Below are positions 1 through 9,918 of a stretch of 64,000 nt of DNA, piece by piece. Positions within the stretch are counted from its first letter, which is position 1, and the number at the start of each line of letters is the position of its first letter. A program made the translations under genes and the position numbers. Source of the stretch: an uncultured Actinomycetes bacterium. Lineage in GTDB: Bacteria > Actinomycetota > Thermoleophilia > Gaiellales > Gaiellaceae. The stretch spans positions 20,278 to 84,277 of the forward strand of contig CAVTWR010000002.1 of the NCBI GenBank assembly GCA_963738505.1. The letters are read 5' to 3'. Below the pieces are notes generated by a model. It was not told the origin of the DNA. It worked only from the letters and a program-made list of their open reading frames with translations, and ran no database searches.

Positions 1-145
1 AGGACGATCACGACCGATGGGGGCGACAGTGCGAACACGGGGCGGGAGGTATCGGTGCACGCACCCTGGGCTCGCGACCGCGACGCCGCGCTCGTTCTGT
101 TGTTGCAGGCGGTATCGAGCGCCTCGTCCAGCGCTCGTCCGATGT

Positions 146-834
146 TCAATCTAGGGCACATCGCTCCCACGAGAAGCGCGGGAGCGCCCTCAGGCGCGCA
201 GCGTTGTCCCTGTAGTCCTCGTGGACGTGGCGTCCGATGACGACGACGCCGATCGCCCCGGCGCCTGCCGCCTTCAGTGACAGTGCCGCGCTCTGGACAT
301 TCGCGCCGGTCGTCCAGGTGTCGTCGACGAGAAGGACATCGCTGCCGTGGAGGTCGCGGACGGCCGAGTACTTCGCCGCGTCCACGGTCCGGCGCTCAAC
401 CATGGCGGTCGATCTTGCGAGCAGCCGTTCGTAGCGATGCGTCGTTGGTTTGATCATCCGACCCACGATCTCCGGGAGCGGATGACGCCGGTGGCGTCTC
501 GGTGCTGCTGCGGTGGAACCGTGCATCACGAACAGAAGACGTTCAACTCCGTCCGCCTGGGCGAGGCAAGGCGCGTGAAGGCTGAGGAAGCGCCAGAGAA
601 CGAGCCGAGTTGCGAGCTCGAAACCCCGGCTCGGCCGACCCTCCTAGTACCGCGCAGGGCGGAGTGCACGTGCCCATCTGGGCTGCACGATGTCGAAGCA
701 CTTCGGCGCTCGGGATTTCCTCGAGCTAGCGGTGGTGACGTCGTCGACGAACGAGACCGACAGGGCACAACCGTGGTCATGCTACTCGGCTTCCGGATTC
801 GCGTCGGATCGCTGAGTTCGCTGACCGTGGGCAT
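146..834 (-). pseudogene. ComF-like phosphoribosyltransferase, frameshifted in its 5' half
   Basis: C-terminal ORF 146-529 has the PRPP-binding motif VLLVDDTWTTGAN. The upstream segments MPTVSELSDP (ATG 834) and VLWRFLSLH lie in other frames, indicating several indels. Confidence 0.75.
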
Positions 835-857
835 CCTCGACCTCAGGCCCGGCGCGG

Positions 858-1649
858 TTACACGGTGAGCGCCGGCTCGGGTGTGGTGAGCCGCTCGATC
901 TGCTCGACCGCGTCGGCCGCCGAGTGTACGACCGTCGTCCCGGGCCGTCCGGCGAACACCTCGACATAGTCGTGGTCGCCGCTCGGCAGGACGGAAGACG
1001 GCGAGCCCGGCGTCCTCTTCGGCGACGAGCGGAAGCCCGAGAACTCTCGCGACGAAATCCTTGGTACGCCTCGTAATCATGGGTTCGGGTGACCGAGCCA
1101 GGCGAGGCGGCGGACGATCATCTGGCGTGCTCCCGTCGGTGGGTACGTCCGTCGAAGGCCGGTTCCGACGACAGCAACCGTTCTGCGCGCGTGCTCGAGC
1201 GCGGTGGCGTGGGCGCACGCGTCGATCCCATGAGCAAGACCTCTCGCGAGCGCTGTAGCCGCCTCGCGGGCTTAGGAGACTTGCGGTCGCGGCCGCCCTG
1301 TTGCAGCTCTTCCGTTCTGGCCCGCCGAGCGCTCGCCGCACCGCCGGACGCTTGGCCGCGCAGAAGAGGATCTGGGCCGTGTGCGGCAGCCGCCGGACCG
1401 GAGCGCCGGCTGAACACCGAAGCTGATCAACCTGGCCGTCGAGCTCGGCCAGCGCGACCCGGCGGGAAGTCGGTGGCACAGGCGGTGTGGAAGACGGAGA
1501 GGCTCCTGCTCGTAGGGATCGGCGTAGCTACCGTCGAGGATCGCCATCGCGCTGCCTGCCGCCTCGGCGAGCTGCGCGTAGTGGTGCCAAGGACGGTCGC
1601 CCTGGCGAAGGAGCGCGATCACCGCGGCTTGTTCCTGTCGATCAGCCAT
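858..1649 (-). pseudogene. dprA: DprA/Smf-family DNA-processing protein, multiply frameshifted
   Basis: Three recognisable pieces not forming one ORF: N-terminus MADRQEQAAVIALLRQGDRPWHHY, core motif GLAHGIDACAHATALEHARRTVAVVGTGLRRTYPP (~1241-1137), and C-terminus RPGTTVVHSAADAVEQIERL ending at TAA 858-860. Confidence 0.75.
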
Positions 1650-1651
1650 AG

Positions 1652-1665
1652 CGAACACATGTTCT
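1652..1665. promoter_or_regulatory. LexA (SOS/Cheo) box
   Basis: CGAAC-ACAT-GTTCT matches the Gram-positive GAAC-N4-GTTC consensus and lies 2 bp upstream of the dprA ATG. Confidence 0.75.
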
Positions 1666-1823
1666 ATCAGCTGTCCCGGATCCTGCGTTCATGAGCGGGC
1701 AGGGTTTGCCCACGCTCGCGGGGGTGAGGGATGACCACGGGACGATCTTCGCTTCGACCGCAAGCACACGCACGCCGACGATCCTACGCTCAGGCCGCCG
1801 CGGGGGGTGATCTCGGCTTCGAT

Positions 1824-2351
1824 CTACGCAGGCTCAGCTCCGGGGTGTTTCCGTTCCTCGGTGGCGTGGAGCTCGTCCGAGATCGCGCGATACTCGCTCG
1901 CCATCAGGAGATCCTTCGGGCGCCCGGCGGCCTCCTTCATGGCGATCAGATGGTCGAGATTCGTTACGCGGACAACGAGACCGAAGAGCCGCATCTCGAC
2001 TCCCTGGGCACGAAGCGCCGGGTAGTCCGGCGCGCCCGCCGGGTCCGCGAGGATGTCCACCGATCCGAACGTCGTGTCGAACGTGAAATTCGCGCCGGCT
2101 GCCAGTGTCCTCGCATCGAGGAGGAACGGGAGACCCTTGGGCGCGCCTCGTAGCGTGGCGCCGATCTCGCTCAGCGCTGCGGCGAGATGCTCCAGATTGG
2201 CCGGCGATCGGCCGTAGGCCAGGTCGAGGTCCTGTGTCGGGTACTGCGACCCGTGCGCGAGACCGGCCAGGCCGCCGATCAGCACGAAGTCGACGCCGTG
2301 CCGTTCGAGCACCGCGAGGATCGCAGCCGGGTCGAACTCAGGCTCGGCCAC
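1824..2351 (-). CDS. Nucleotidyltransferase-family protein (putative TA toxin partner)
   Basis: Motif VDFVLIGGLAG...TQDLDL and C-terminal LIAMKEAAGRPKD; overlaps the upstream HTH gene. Confidence 0.8.
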   Translation of the reverse strand: MAEPEFDPAAILAVLERHGVDFVLIGGLAGLAHGSQYPTQDLDLAYGRSPANLEHLAAALSEIGATLRGAPKGLPFLLDARTLAAGANFTFDTTFGSVDILADPAGAPDYPALRAQGVEMRLFGLVVRVTNLDHLIAMKEAAGRPKDLLMASEYRAISDELHATEERKHPGAEPA

Positions 2352-2658
2352 GCCCGCCGGCTACCGGCCGCACCAGGCGTGACCACGCCAGACCACGCTC
2401 GACGCGCTCGCCCGGCTCGAGTGCGAGGTTGCGCCGGAGTAGCGTGGCGTCGTGGCCCCAGTCGAGCGGGCGCGCGTCCAGCACGAGCTCCTCGTTCATC
2501 AGGCCGAGCAGCTCCGCGAGCGTGTCGACGCCCGGCGAGACGAGACCGCGCTCGATCCGCGAGATCGCCGCCTGTGACGTACGCGCACGGATGGCGAGCT
2601 GCCGCTGCGTCAGGCCGTGGCGGCGGCGTGTGGTGGCGAGCAGCTCACCAGCAGTCAC
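2338..2658 (-). CDS. XRE-family HTH regulator/antitoxin
   Basis: HTH_3 signature GLTQRQLAIRARTSQAAISRIERG. Confidence 0.85.
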   Translation of the reverse strand: MTAGELLATTRRRHGLTQRQLAIRARTSQAAISRIERGLVSPGVDTLAELLGLMNEELVLDARPLDWGHDATLLRRNLALEPGERVERGLAWSRLVRPVAGGRGRA

Positions 2659-2696
2659 GTTCCATATCTTATCTGATGTCGGTCCGTGTCGAAGCG

Positions 2697-3599
2697 CTAG
2701 CGGGCCTGGAAGCGTTCATACCGCACCGCCAGCAACTCTCGATCTGGCCTCGACCGCGTGCTTCGCGGCAGCACGATCGGCGTCGCGTGTGCGCGCTTGA
2801 GCAGGTCGAGCATCGGGCCGTCTTCGTCGTCGAGCAGACGCGGGTGCACACGCACCTCGTAGTCGGGTGACACCGCGACGAGATCCTCGTCGAAGGCGCG
2901 GTGGTGGATCGAGCAGAGGCTGAGGCCGTTGGAGACCGCGGGCTCGCCCGGTTTCTCGCGGTCGCCCACGATGTGCGCGGCGTCGAGCAAGCGGGTCTCC
3001 TTGAGTCGGCAGATCGCGCACTGGTTCGCGTAGGCGGGAAGCACGCGGGCGCGGAAGCGGCCCTGGTGGAGGCGGACACGGGTCTCGCGGACGGCGTAGC
3101 GGCGCTCGATCGGGTCCTCGGGAAGGACGGGTTCGCGCTCGTCGTACGGGCCGGTCATCTTGCCGGGAGTGACGACGACCGCTCTGCCTGCCCGGTCGTC
3201 GGCGGTCACGTATACCGGCCAGTGCGGCGCGTAATGCCCGGCTCTCATGCCGACGAAGTAGACGAGCGGCACCTGGACCTCGAAAGCGGCTCGAAGCGCG
3301 CGGTTGTCCGGCTGATCGACGTCGCCGGCACGGTAGGCGTAGACGAACCCATCAGTCGTCTCCCGGTCGTCGTACGGCGACTTGAACGACGTGTTGATGC
3401 TGAGCGCAGCTGGGCCGCGCTGTGCGGCCGCGCGATAGATGCCCTTCTGGAAGTTGAGGAACGGCACCCGCCGGCCGCGGAAGTTGAAGCCCTGCGCAAG
3501 CGCCTCTGTGTAGCCGAGCTCGGGGCCGTTTTTGGCGCAGAGGACGTCGAGCGCCGAGAAGCAGGCGGCTCTGAGGGAAGCGTCAGGATCCGCGCGCAT
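2697..3599 (-). CDS. HNH endonuclease, putative type IV (modification-dependent) restriction enzyme
   Basis: C-terminal CAICRL...LDAAHI...NGLSLCSIHHRAFD motif; N-terminal SRA-like region (SPYDD...YAYRAG); start MRADPD at 3599. Confidence 0.8.
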   Translation of the reverse strand: MRADPDASLRAACFSALDVLCAKNGPELGYTEALAQGFNFRGRRVPFLNFQKGIYRAAAQRGPAALSINTSFKSPYDDRETTDGFVYAYRAGDVDQPDNRALRAAFEVQVPLVYFVGMRAGHYAPHWPVYVTADDRAGRAVVVTPGKMTGPYDEREPVLPEDPIERRYAVRETRVRLHQGRFRARVLPAYANQCAICRLKETRLLDAAHIVGDREKPGEPAVSNGLSLCSIHHRAFDEDLVAVSPDYEVRVHPRLLDDEDGPMLDLLKRAHATPIVLPRSTRSRPDRELLAVRYERFQAR

Positions 3600-3685
3600 G
3601 GCGGCATCATTCCGCGTCTCCGAGGCTGTGTCGAACTCGGGCGGCGGCCGCTGACCCTTGGCCGCCGGCAGTGTCGGGGCGCCGA

Positions 3686-3733
3686 TCGGTGGACGCCATG
3701 AAGCAGCTCGCTCACGGTGATCACGCTGATCGC
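3686..3733 (-). pseudogene. Remnant of a VapC/PIN toxin gene
   Basis: Encodes AISVITVSELLHGVHR, a typical VapC helix motif; the rest of a PIN domain is not recognisable. Confidence 0.55.
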
Positions 3734-3828
3734 GCAGTCCGCGGCTCCGAGCGACGGAGAAACAGGCCGCGAGGGCGCCTACTGCTCCGTGCTCCGGACC
3801 ACGCAGCGGCCGGGATACCCTCCGCGGC

Positions 3829-5253
3829 ATGCCACCTTCGCAGAGCGACGGAGACCGCGAGCTCGTCGAGCGCCACCTGGCGGGCCTCGATGCCGACGAG
3901 CTCCGCCGGCGGCTGCTGGCGCTGCTCGGTCGCGACGACGCCTTTCGACTCGCGCTCGTCACGGAGGCCCGGGCCGCGTCTGGTGCGTTCGATCTCGCCG
4001 AGCTGAAGAAGCAAGTCACGGCGCAGCTGAAGATCTCCACCCGGCATCTCAGCTGGCGTGGCTCGGCCGAATACGCGCAGGAGGCCGAACGGGCGCTCGA
4101 CCTGCTCGACGGTCTCCTCGATGGCGGGCAACCGGAGGCCGTGGTTGCGCTTGCAGAGCACGCGATGAAGCGGTTTGACACGGCGCTCGCCCGCCTCGAC
4201 GACTCCGGCGGATACCTGGCGCTCCCGATCCAGCGGCTCTCCGAGATCCACCTGCGCGCCTGCCAGGCGGCGCGGCCCGAACCGCGACGGCTCGGGGTGC
4301 GGCTGGTGGAGCATGCGCTCGCCACCCCCTGGGACTGGTTCCACGATGCGCCCGTCACGTACAAGGATGTGCTCGGCGAGGAAGGGCTCGACGCGTATCG
4401 CAAGCGCCTCGATCGCGAGTGGGAGCAGCTGCCCGCGCTCGCGCCCGACCCTTCGAGAACGGGAGGGTACTGGCATCGGGGCGACCGTTACAAGGTCACG
4501 CACCTGCGGGAGAACCTGGCGCGCGCCTCGGGCAGCGTGGACGAGCTCGTGTCGGTGCTGGCCCATGACCTCTCCTCCGCGCACCAGTTCGACCGCATCG
4601 CGACCGAGCTCGAGGCGGCGGGCAGGGAGCGGGAGGCGCTGGCCTGGCTCGAGCGTGGCGTGCGCGAGTCGGGCACGAGAGCCGATCCGCGGCTCCGTGA
4701 CCATCTTGTGGAGGCGTACCTCCGCGACGGCCAGCTCGACGATGCGCTGGCGCTCGCTGAGCGGGTCTTCGCCGAACATCCGACGGCGAACACGTACGAC
4801 GTGCTGCGGCTGGCGCACTCCGCGGCCGACGGCTGGCCCGAACGACGCCCCGGTGCACTCGACGCGCTACGTGCCGGTCCCCATGTGCGGCACGGACTCG
4901 GGCAGGACGAGGCGATCCACGCGCAACTGGCGGAAGACGACCTCGACGGCGCCTGGGCGGACGCGGTCGCGGGCGGCTGCCGGGACGACACGTGGCTCGA
5001 GCTCGCCCGCCGCGTCGGAGCGACCAGGCCGGACGATGCGGTCGGCGTCTACCGGCGACTCGTGTCAGGCGCGCTCGAGGACACGAGCAACTACAAGCGC
5101 GCGGTCAAGCTCCTCGTGGAGTGGCGCGACGTGCTCGCGACCGCGGGCCGCGTGGATGAGCTGCAGACGGATCTCGCCCGTATCCGCGAGGAGAACAAGC
5201 GGCGGCCCAAGTTGCTCTCGATGATCGACAAGGCCAAGCTCGGGGTGGCGTAG
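3829..5253 (+). CDS. Helical-repeat (TPR-like) protein resembling the C-terminal part of SWIM-finger/DUF6880-type proteins
   Basis: 474-aa ORF with genome-typical codon usage; DDSGG motif and terminal IREENKRRPKL; no SWIM finger seen. Confidence 0.65.
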   Translation: MPPSQSDGDRELVERHLAGLDADELRRRLLALLGRDDAFRLALVTEARAASGAFDLAELKKQVTAQLKISTRHLSWRGSAEYAQEAERALDLLDGLLDGGQPEAVVALAEHAMKRFDTALARLDDSGGYLALPIQRLSEIHLRACQAARPEPRRLGVRLVEHALATPWDWFHDAPVTYKDVLGEEGLDAYRKRLDREWEQLPALAPDPSRTGGYWHRGDRYKVTHLRENLARASGSVDELVSVLAHDLSSAHQFDRIATELEAAGREREALAWLERGVRESGTRADPRLRDHLVEAYLRDGQLDDALALAERVFAEHPTANTYDVLRLAHSAADGWPERRPGALDALRAGPHVRHGLGQDEAIHAQLAEDDLDGAWADAVAGGCRDDTWLELARRVGATRPDDAVGVYRRLVSGALEDTSNYKRAVKLLVEWRDVLATAGRVDELQTDLARIREENKRRPKLLSMIDKAKLGVA

Positions 5254-5277
5254 GCTCGGGTTCGCGCGGCAGCCGCG

Positions 5278-6624
5278 GTGCCTGTTACCGTCCCGTGGGT
5301 GACGCCCGACGAGGCAGCTGCGACCTTCGTGGAGATGGTTGGCGCGCAGATCCGCTCTGCGGTGGCCGAGATGTCCGAGCACATCGACGACGCGACGGAG
5401 TGGGAGGTCGCTGCCAGCTCGATCCTTCCACTCGAGCTGGCGGGTCTGCCGGACGAGGTGCTCGACGCCGCGGTTGAGCTCGTGCGCGACTCCCCGGGGG
5501 GTCGTTCGGCGCTCCGCGGGATGGCGGCCGGCGCGAGCCCGGTACTCGCGTCGCGTGCGCTCGCCCACCTGGCGGAAGTCGACCCCGACTGGAGCGTCCC
5601 TGCCCTCGAGGTGGATTCCGCCTGGCAGATCGCGAACGACGAGCCCATGACTGCGATCGGCCTTGTCTGCCGCAGGGCGGGAGTGGAGCAACCACAGCTC
5701 TTCTCGTTCCTGCTCGAGCACGACGAGTCGGCGGGTGCGATCAAGAGCGGGATGGCGATGCCGGCCTCGAAGAGCGAGTTGGCCATCGAGGCAGCGCAGA
5801 ACGAGGCTCGTCGTAACGGCCTCGAGCCGACAGACCTCGACCCGTCCGCCGCATTTTCGGAGGTCGTGGAAGCGGCGCGTCGAGGGGCACTCCGCGGCTT
5901 TCGGCCCGACGACGACGGGCTCGACGCGCTGGCCGTGTTGCTCCGCGCAGGCGGCGTCGAGAACGCCGAGACGCTGCTCGCCGAACTGGAGGCCGGAGAG
6001 CCCTTCGAGCCTGCCGCCGGCTTCGACGATCTGCCGAGCGATGACCCGCTCGATCGGGAGATCGACCGGATCTGCGACATCGCCTACGGCTGGTTCTGCG
6101 CGAGGGGACTCGGCGAGGAGGAGCTGGACAGCGCGATCGAGGTTGCCGAGCTGTGGGCGGAATACCGTCTCCGTGCCCTCGACGCCGATGTGACGGAGGC
6201 CAAGCGCGACGAGCTCGACCAGTTCGTGCTGCGCTGGGTACCGCAACGGGTGCAGCTGCCGCAAGGGCGTGTCGACGCGTTCACGGGGAACCTGGCTGCC
6301 GTGCTCGAGTTCCTCGCCGGCACGTTCGAGCTCGAGCCGCGGACGGCCCGCAGCCTCGGCAAGCGCGCGCTCTCGCACAACGCCGCCTTCCGCAAGCTGA
6401 TGGAGACGCACGGTGGTGTGGTCGAAGGTCCAGCGGCCACGATCGCCGCGCAGATGGACGCCGACGGGGTCGACCTGCGAAACCCGGAAGAGGTGGCCCG
6501 CTGGATCGAGGAGTTCAACGGTCGTTCGTTCGAGGAGCGCGACCGGCTGCTCGGGCAGTCGCTCGAGCGCTTCGCCGGCCCGCCGGCCTCCTCTGACCGG
6601 CGCGGTCAGCGACGCGAGGGCTGA
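5278..6624 (+). CDS. Hypothetical acidic protein
   Basis: 448-aa ORF with strong GC3 bias, directly downstream of the previous gene. Confidence 0.7.
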   Translation: MPVTVPWVTPDEAAATFVEMVGAQIRSAVAEMSEHIDDATEWEVAASSILPLELAGLPDEVLDAAVELVRDSPGGRSALRGMAAGASPVLASRALAHLAEVDPDWSVPALEVDSAWQIANDEPMTAIGLVCRRAGVEQPQLFSFLLEHDESAGAIKSGMAMPASKSELAIEAAQNEARRNGLEPTDLDPSAAFSEVVEAARRGALRGFRPDDDGLDALAVLLRAGGVENAETLLAELEAGEPFEPAAGFDDLPSDDPLDREIDRICDIAYGWFCARGLGEEELDSAIEVAELWAEYRLRALDADVTEAKRDELDQFVLRWVPQRVQLPQGRVDAFTGNLAAVLEFLAGTFELEPRTARSLGKRALSHNAAFRKLMETHGGVVEGPAATIAAQMDADGVDLRNPEEVARWIEEFNGRSFEERDRLLGQSLERFAGPPASSDRRGQRREG

Positions 6625-6651
6625 TCGCGCGACGGTGAGCGCGGAACCCTT

Positions 6652-6678
6652 CCGCAGGCCCCGTTCGCGGGCCTGCGG
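6652..6678 (+). terminator. GC-rich hairpin, possible terminator
   Basis: Stem CCGCAGGCCC/GGGCCTGCGG after the 6624 stop; no U-tract. Confidence 0.4.
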
Positions 6679-6783
6679 TGACGCCCTGACGAATGCCGCC
6701 CCCCGATTCCGGGGAGCTACGCGCAACGAGATCGCGACGCCGCCGAGGTCGTCACAGAGTTGGCACAGCTCGGTGTCGCACGC

Positions 6784-6812
6784 TTGACGCTACTACCCGG
6801 GTAGTCTAGGTT
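6784..6812 (+). promoter_or_regulatory. Sigma70 promoter (leaderless) with a palindromic operator
   Basis: TTGACG-17 bp-TAGGTT, 6 nt before GTG 6819; perfect palindrome ACTACCCGGGTAGT (6792-6805) in the spacer. Confidence 0.75.
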
Positions 6813-6818
6813 TCTCCC

Positions 6819-7061
6819 GTGCTCGTCGAGTTGACGCTGCCGGCTCTCTCCCCGACGACCGAGTACGCCACGGTGCTTCGGTGGCTGAAGCGCGAAGGCA
6901 ACGAGGTTGCGGCGGGCGAGGTGGTGTTGGAGGTCGAAGGCGACAAGGCCACCTGCGAGATCGAGGCGCCTGTGGGAGGCCTCCTGGAATCGGTGATCGC
7001 GGTCGAGGGCGACGAGGTCAAGACCGGCGGCGTGCTCGCGCTCATCGAGCCGCGACCGTGA
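6819..7061 (+). CDS. Stand-alone lipoyl domain protein
   Basis: EVEGDKATCEI lipoyl-Lys motif; 80 aa. Confidence 0.9.
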   Translation: MLVELTLPALSPTTEYATVLRWLKREGNEVAAGEVVLEVEGDKATCEIEAPVGGLLESVIAVEGDEVKTGGVLALIEPRP

Positions 7062-8065
7062 CGGCGGCCGTCGCGATCGACAACAAGGCCGAGCTGGCGG
7101 AGCTGCTTCTGCGCCTCTGGCGCATCCGGATCTTCGAGACGCGGGTGCTCGAGCTGTTCGAGGAGAAGCTCGTACGCGGCTCCGCACACCCGTACATCGG
7201 GATGGAAGCGATTGCCGTCGGGGTCTGCGCCGCTCTCGGCCCGCAGGACTACATCACCAGCACCCACCGCGGTCACGGCCACTGCATCGGCAAAGGCCTC
7301 GAGATGAGCCGGATGATGGCCGAGATCCTCGGCCGTGAGACCGGGTACTGCCGTGGCAAGGGCGGCTCCATGCACATCACCGCGATGGAGCACGGGATGC
7401 TCGGCGCGGACGCGATCGTGTGCGGATCCGCCGCCCTCGGCGTGGGCGCGGCCTACGGGCTCTCGCTGCAGGGCAAGGATTCCGTGGTCGTCGTCTTCTT
7501 CGGGGACGGCGCCTCCAACCAGGGCATCTTCCACGAGGCGGCGAACCTCGCCGCGGTGCTCTCGGCACCAGTGGTCTTCGTGTGCGAGAACAACCAGTGG
7601 GCGATCTCGACATCCGTGCAGGCGTCCACGAGCGTCGAGAACATCGCCGACCGGGCGAGCGGCTACGGCTTCCCGGGGGTGATCGCAGACGGCAACGACG
7701 TGCTCGAGATGAAGCGCGTGGCAGCGGAGGCGGTCGCCCGCGCGCGAGCGGGGGAGGGACCGACGCTGATCGAGGCGAAGTCGTTCCGGATCGGCGCGCA
7801 CTCCGCCGCCACCAAGACCGACCCGCGCGGCGAGGAGATCCTCGGCCCCTGGCGGGCGAAGGATCCGATCCTGCGCTTCACGACCGCTCTGCGCGAGGAC
7901 GAGGGGTTCACGCAGGAGCGGCTGGACGAGATCGAGGCGAAGGCGCGCGCAGAGGTCGAGGAGGCCGTCCGCTTCGGGCTCGACTCCCCGGCCCCGGAGC
8001 CGGCCGAGGCCTTCGAGGACGTCTACGCGCCGGCGTCGTGGAACACGACGGGGACACTGGCGTGA
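7058..8065 (+). CDS. TPP-dependent dehydrogenase E1 alpha (acetoin/pyruvate dehydrogenase-like)
   Basis: STHRGHGH, GKGGSMH and FFGDGASNQG...ENN TPP motifs; GTG overlaps the previous stop. Confidence 0.92.
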   Translation: MTAAVAIDNKAELAELLLRLWRIRIFETRVLELFEEKLVRGSAHPYIGMEAIAVGVCAALGPQDYITSTHRGHGHCIGKGLEMSRMMAEILGRETGYCRGKGGSMHITAMEHGMLGADAIVCGSAALGVGAAYGLSLQGKDSVVVVFFGDGASNQGIFHEAANLAAVLSAPVVFVCENNQWAISTSVQASTSVENIADRASGYGFPGVIADGNDVLEMKRVAAEAVARARAGEGPTLIEAKSFRIGAHSAATKTDPRGEEILGPWRAKDPILRFTTALREDEGFTQERLDEIEAKARAEVEEAVRFGLDSPAPEPAEAFEDVYAPASWNTTGTLA

Positions 8066-9087
8066 GCGCTACGCCGGAGCCGGAGCCCGCCGTCCGCGAG
8101 CTCACGATGAGCGCCGCTCTGAACGAGGCGCTCCATCAGGAGATGGCGCGTGACGAAGGCGTCTTCACGATCGGCGAGGACATCGGCGCCATCGGCGGTC
8201 TCTTCCAGGTGACGGCGGGCCTGCTCGACCGCTTCGGGCCGCGCCGCGTGATCGACTCGCCGATCTCCGAGGCGGGGATCTCCGGCGCCGGAGTCGGCGC
8301 TGCACTCGTGGGCTGCCGGCCGGTCGTCGAGCTGCAGATCTCCGACTTCGTGACGCTGACCATGGACCAGGTGGTCAACCACGCTGCGAAATGGCGCTAC
8401 ATGTCCGGCGGCAAGGTCTCCGTTCCGCTCGTGATCCGCGGGCCGGTCTCGAACGGGATCGGGATGGCCGCGCAGCACTCCCAATCGCTGGAGGCGTGGT
8501 TCGTGCACGCTCCCGGCCTGGTCGTGATCATGCCGTCGACGCCCTACGACGCGAAAGGGCTGCTCAAGAGCGCGATTCGCGACGACAACCCCGTCGTGAT
8601 GCTGGAGAAGCGCCTGCTGTACGGCCGCTCCGGTCCGGTGCCCGAGGACGACTACCTCGTTCCGATCGGCGTCGCCGACATCAAGCGCCCCGGCACCGAC
8701 GTCACCGTCGTCGCCGTATCCCAGAGCGTGCACCTCTCCCTCCAGGCCGCCCGCCAGGTTGCCCGGGACGGCATCGAGCTCGAGGTGATAGACCCCCGCA
8801 CGCTGAAGCCACTCGACATCGACACGATCGCGGAGTCGGTGCACAAGACCGGACGGCTCGTCGTGGTCAGCGAGGGCGCCCGCGCGGGCGGGTTCGCCAG
8901 CGAGGTCGTGGCCCGGGTGATCGACGCGGCGTACGACAGCCTTCGCGCCGCCCCCGTGCGGGTCACGGCAGCCGACACCCCGATTCCCTACGCGGCGCAG
9001 CTGGAGCGCGCAGTCCTGCCGAGCCTGGAGCGGGTTGTCGACGCCGTGTATCACGTCATGGCACGCGTCCCCACACCGGCGCGATGA
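8062..9087 (+). CDS. TPP-dependent dehydrogenase E1 beta
   Basis: GEDIG, DSPISEAG, AAQHSQSLE and EVIDPRTLKPLD motifs. Confidence 0.92.
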   Translation: MSATPEPEPAVRELTMSAALNEALHQEMARDEGVFTIGEDIGAIGGLFQVTAGLLDRFGPRRVIDSPISEAGISGAGVGAALVGCRPVVELQISDFVTLTMDQVVNHAAKWRYMSGGKVSVPLVIRGPVSNGIGMAAQHSQSLEAWFVHAPGLVVIMPSTPYDAKGLLKSAIRDDNPVVMLEKRLLYGRSGPVPEDDYLVPIGVADIKRPGTDVTVVAVSQSVHLSLQAARQVARDGIELEVIDPRTLKPLDIDTIAESVHKTGRLVVVSEGARAGGFASEVVARVIDAAYDSLRAAPVRVTAADTPIPYAAQLERAVLPSLERVVDAVYHVMARVPTPAR

Positions 9088-9893
9088 CCGACCCCAACCG
9101 CACCCTGGACGTGGCCGGCTTCCTGCTACGACTGTTCGGCCTCGAGGGTCGGGTCGCGGTCGTCACGGGCGGGGCTTCGGGCCTTGGCGCCGCTTTCTCG
9201 AGAGGACTGGCCCAGGCCGGAGCACACGTCGTCGTCGCCGATATCAACGAGGAGCTCGCACGCGAGGTCGTCGACGGCATCGCGCAGTTCGGTGGCGCTG
9301 CCGAGTACCGTCGCCTCGACGTGACCGACGTCGCAGCCGTCGGCGCCTTCGCGGATCAGCTGGAGTCGGATCACGGACGGGTCGACGTGCTGGTGAACAG
9401 CGCAGGCGCCGCCTACCGCTGCGCAATCGAGGAGTTCCCCGAGGAGGCCTACGACCGGATCCTCGCGCTCAATCTCAAGGGGACGTACTTCATGAGTCAG
9501 GCGATCGGCAGAAAGATGCTCGAGCGCGGCGCGGGCAGCATCGTCAACATCGCGTCGATCGGCGGGTTCATCGCCTACCCGCACTCGAGCGCCTACCTCG
9601 CCAGCAAGGGCGGTGTCGTCCAGACGACCAGGTCGTTCGCGCTCGAATGGGCCGATCGCGGCGTGCGTGTCAACGCGATCGCTCCGGGGCTCTGCGAGAC
9701 GCCGATCCTCACCAAGGCGCTGGCCATGAGCGGCCTGACCTCGACGACGGACTTCATCCAGGACCGCATGATCGTACGCAGGCTGATCCAGCCGGAGGAG
9801 CTGGTGGCGGCCGTGCTGTTCCTCGCGGGCGACGGCGCCGCGAAGGTGAACGGCCACGTTCTCGCCGTCGACGACGGGTACCTGGTCCAGTAG
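9084..9893 (+). CDS. SDR oxidoreductase
   Basis: TGGASGLG, NSAG and YLASK motifs. Confidence 0.9.
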   Translation: MTDPNRTLDVAGFLLRLFGLEGRVAVVTGGASGLGAAFSRGLAQAGAHVVVADINEELAREVVDGIAQFGGAAEYRRLDVTDVAAVGAFADQLESDHGRVDVLVNSAGAAYRCAIEEFPEEAYDRILALNLKGTYFMSQAIGRKMLERGAGSIVNIASIGGFIAYPHSSAYLASKGGVVQTTRSFALEWADRGVRVNAIAPGLCETPILTKALAMSGLTSTTDFIQDRMIVRRLIQPEELVAAVLFLAGDGAAKVNGHVLAVDDGYLVQ

Positions 9894-9918
9894 CGGCCGA
9901 CCGAGGAAAGGACGCATC

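Noticed and set aside
6751-6769. OmpR-type direct repeat TCACAG-N5-GCACAG upstream of the catabolic promoter
   Set aside because: A single imperfect pair with no cognate regulator in the window; could be chance.
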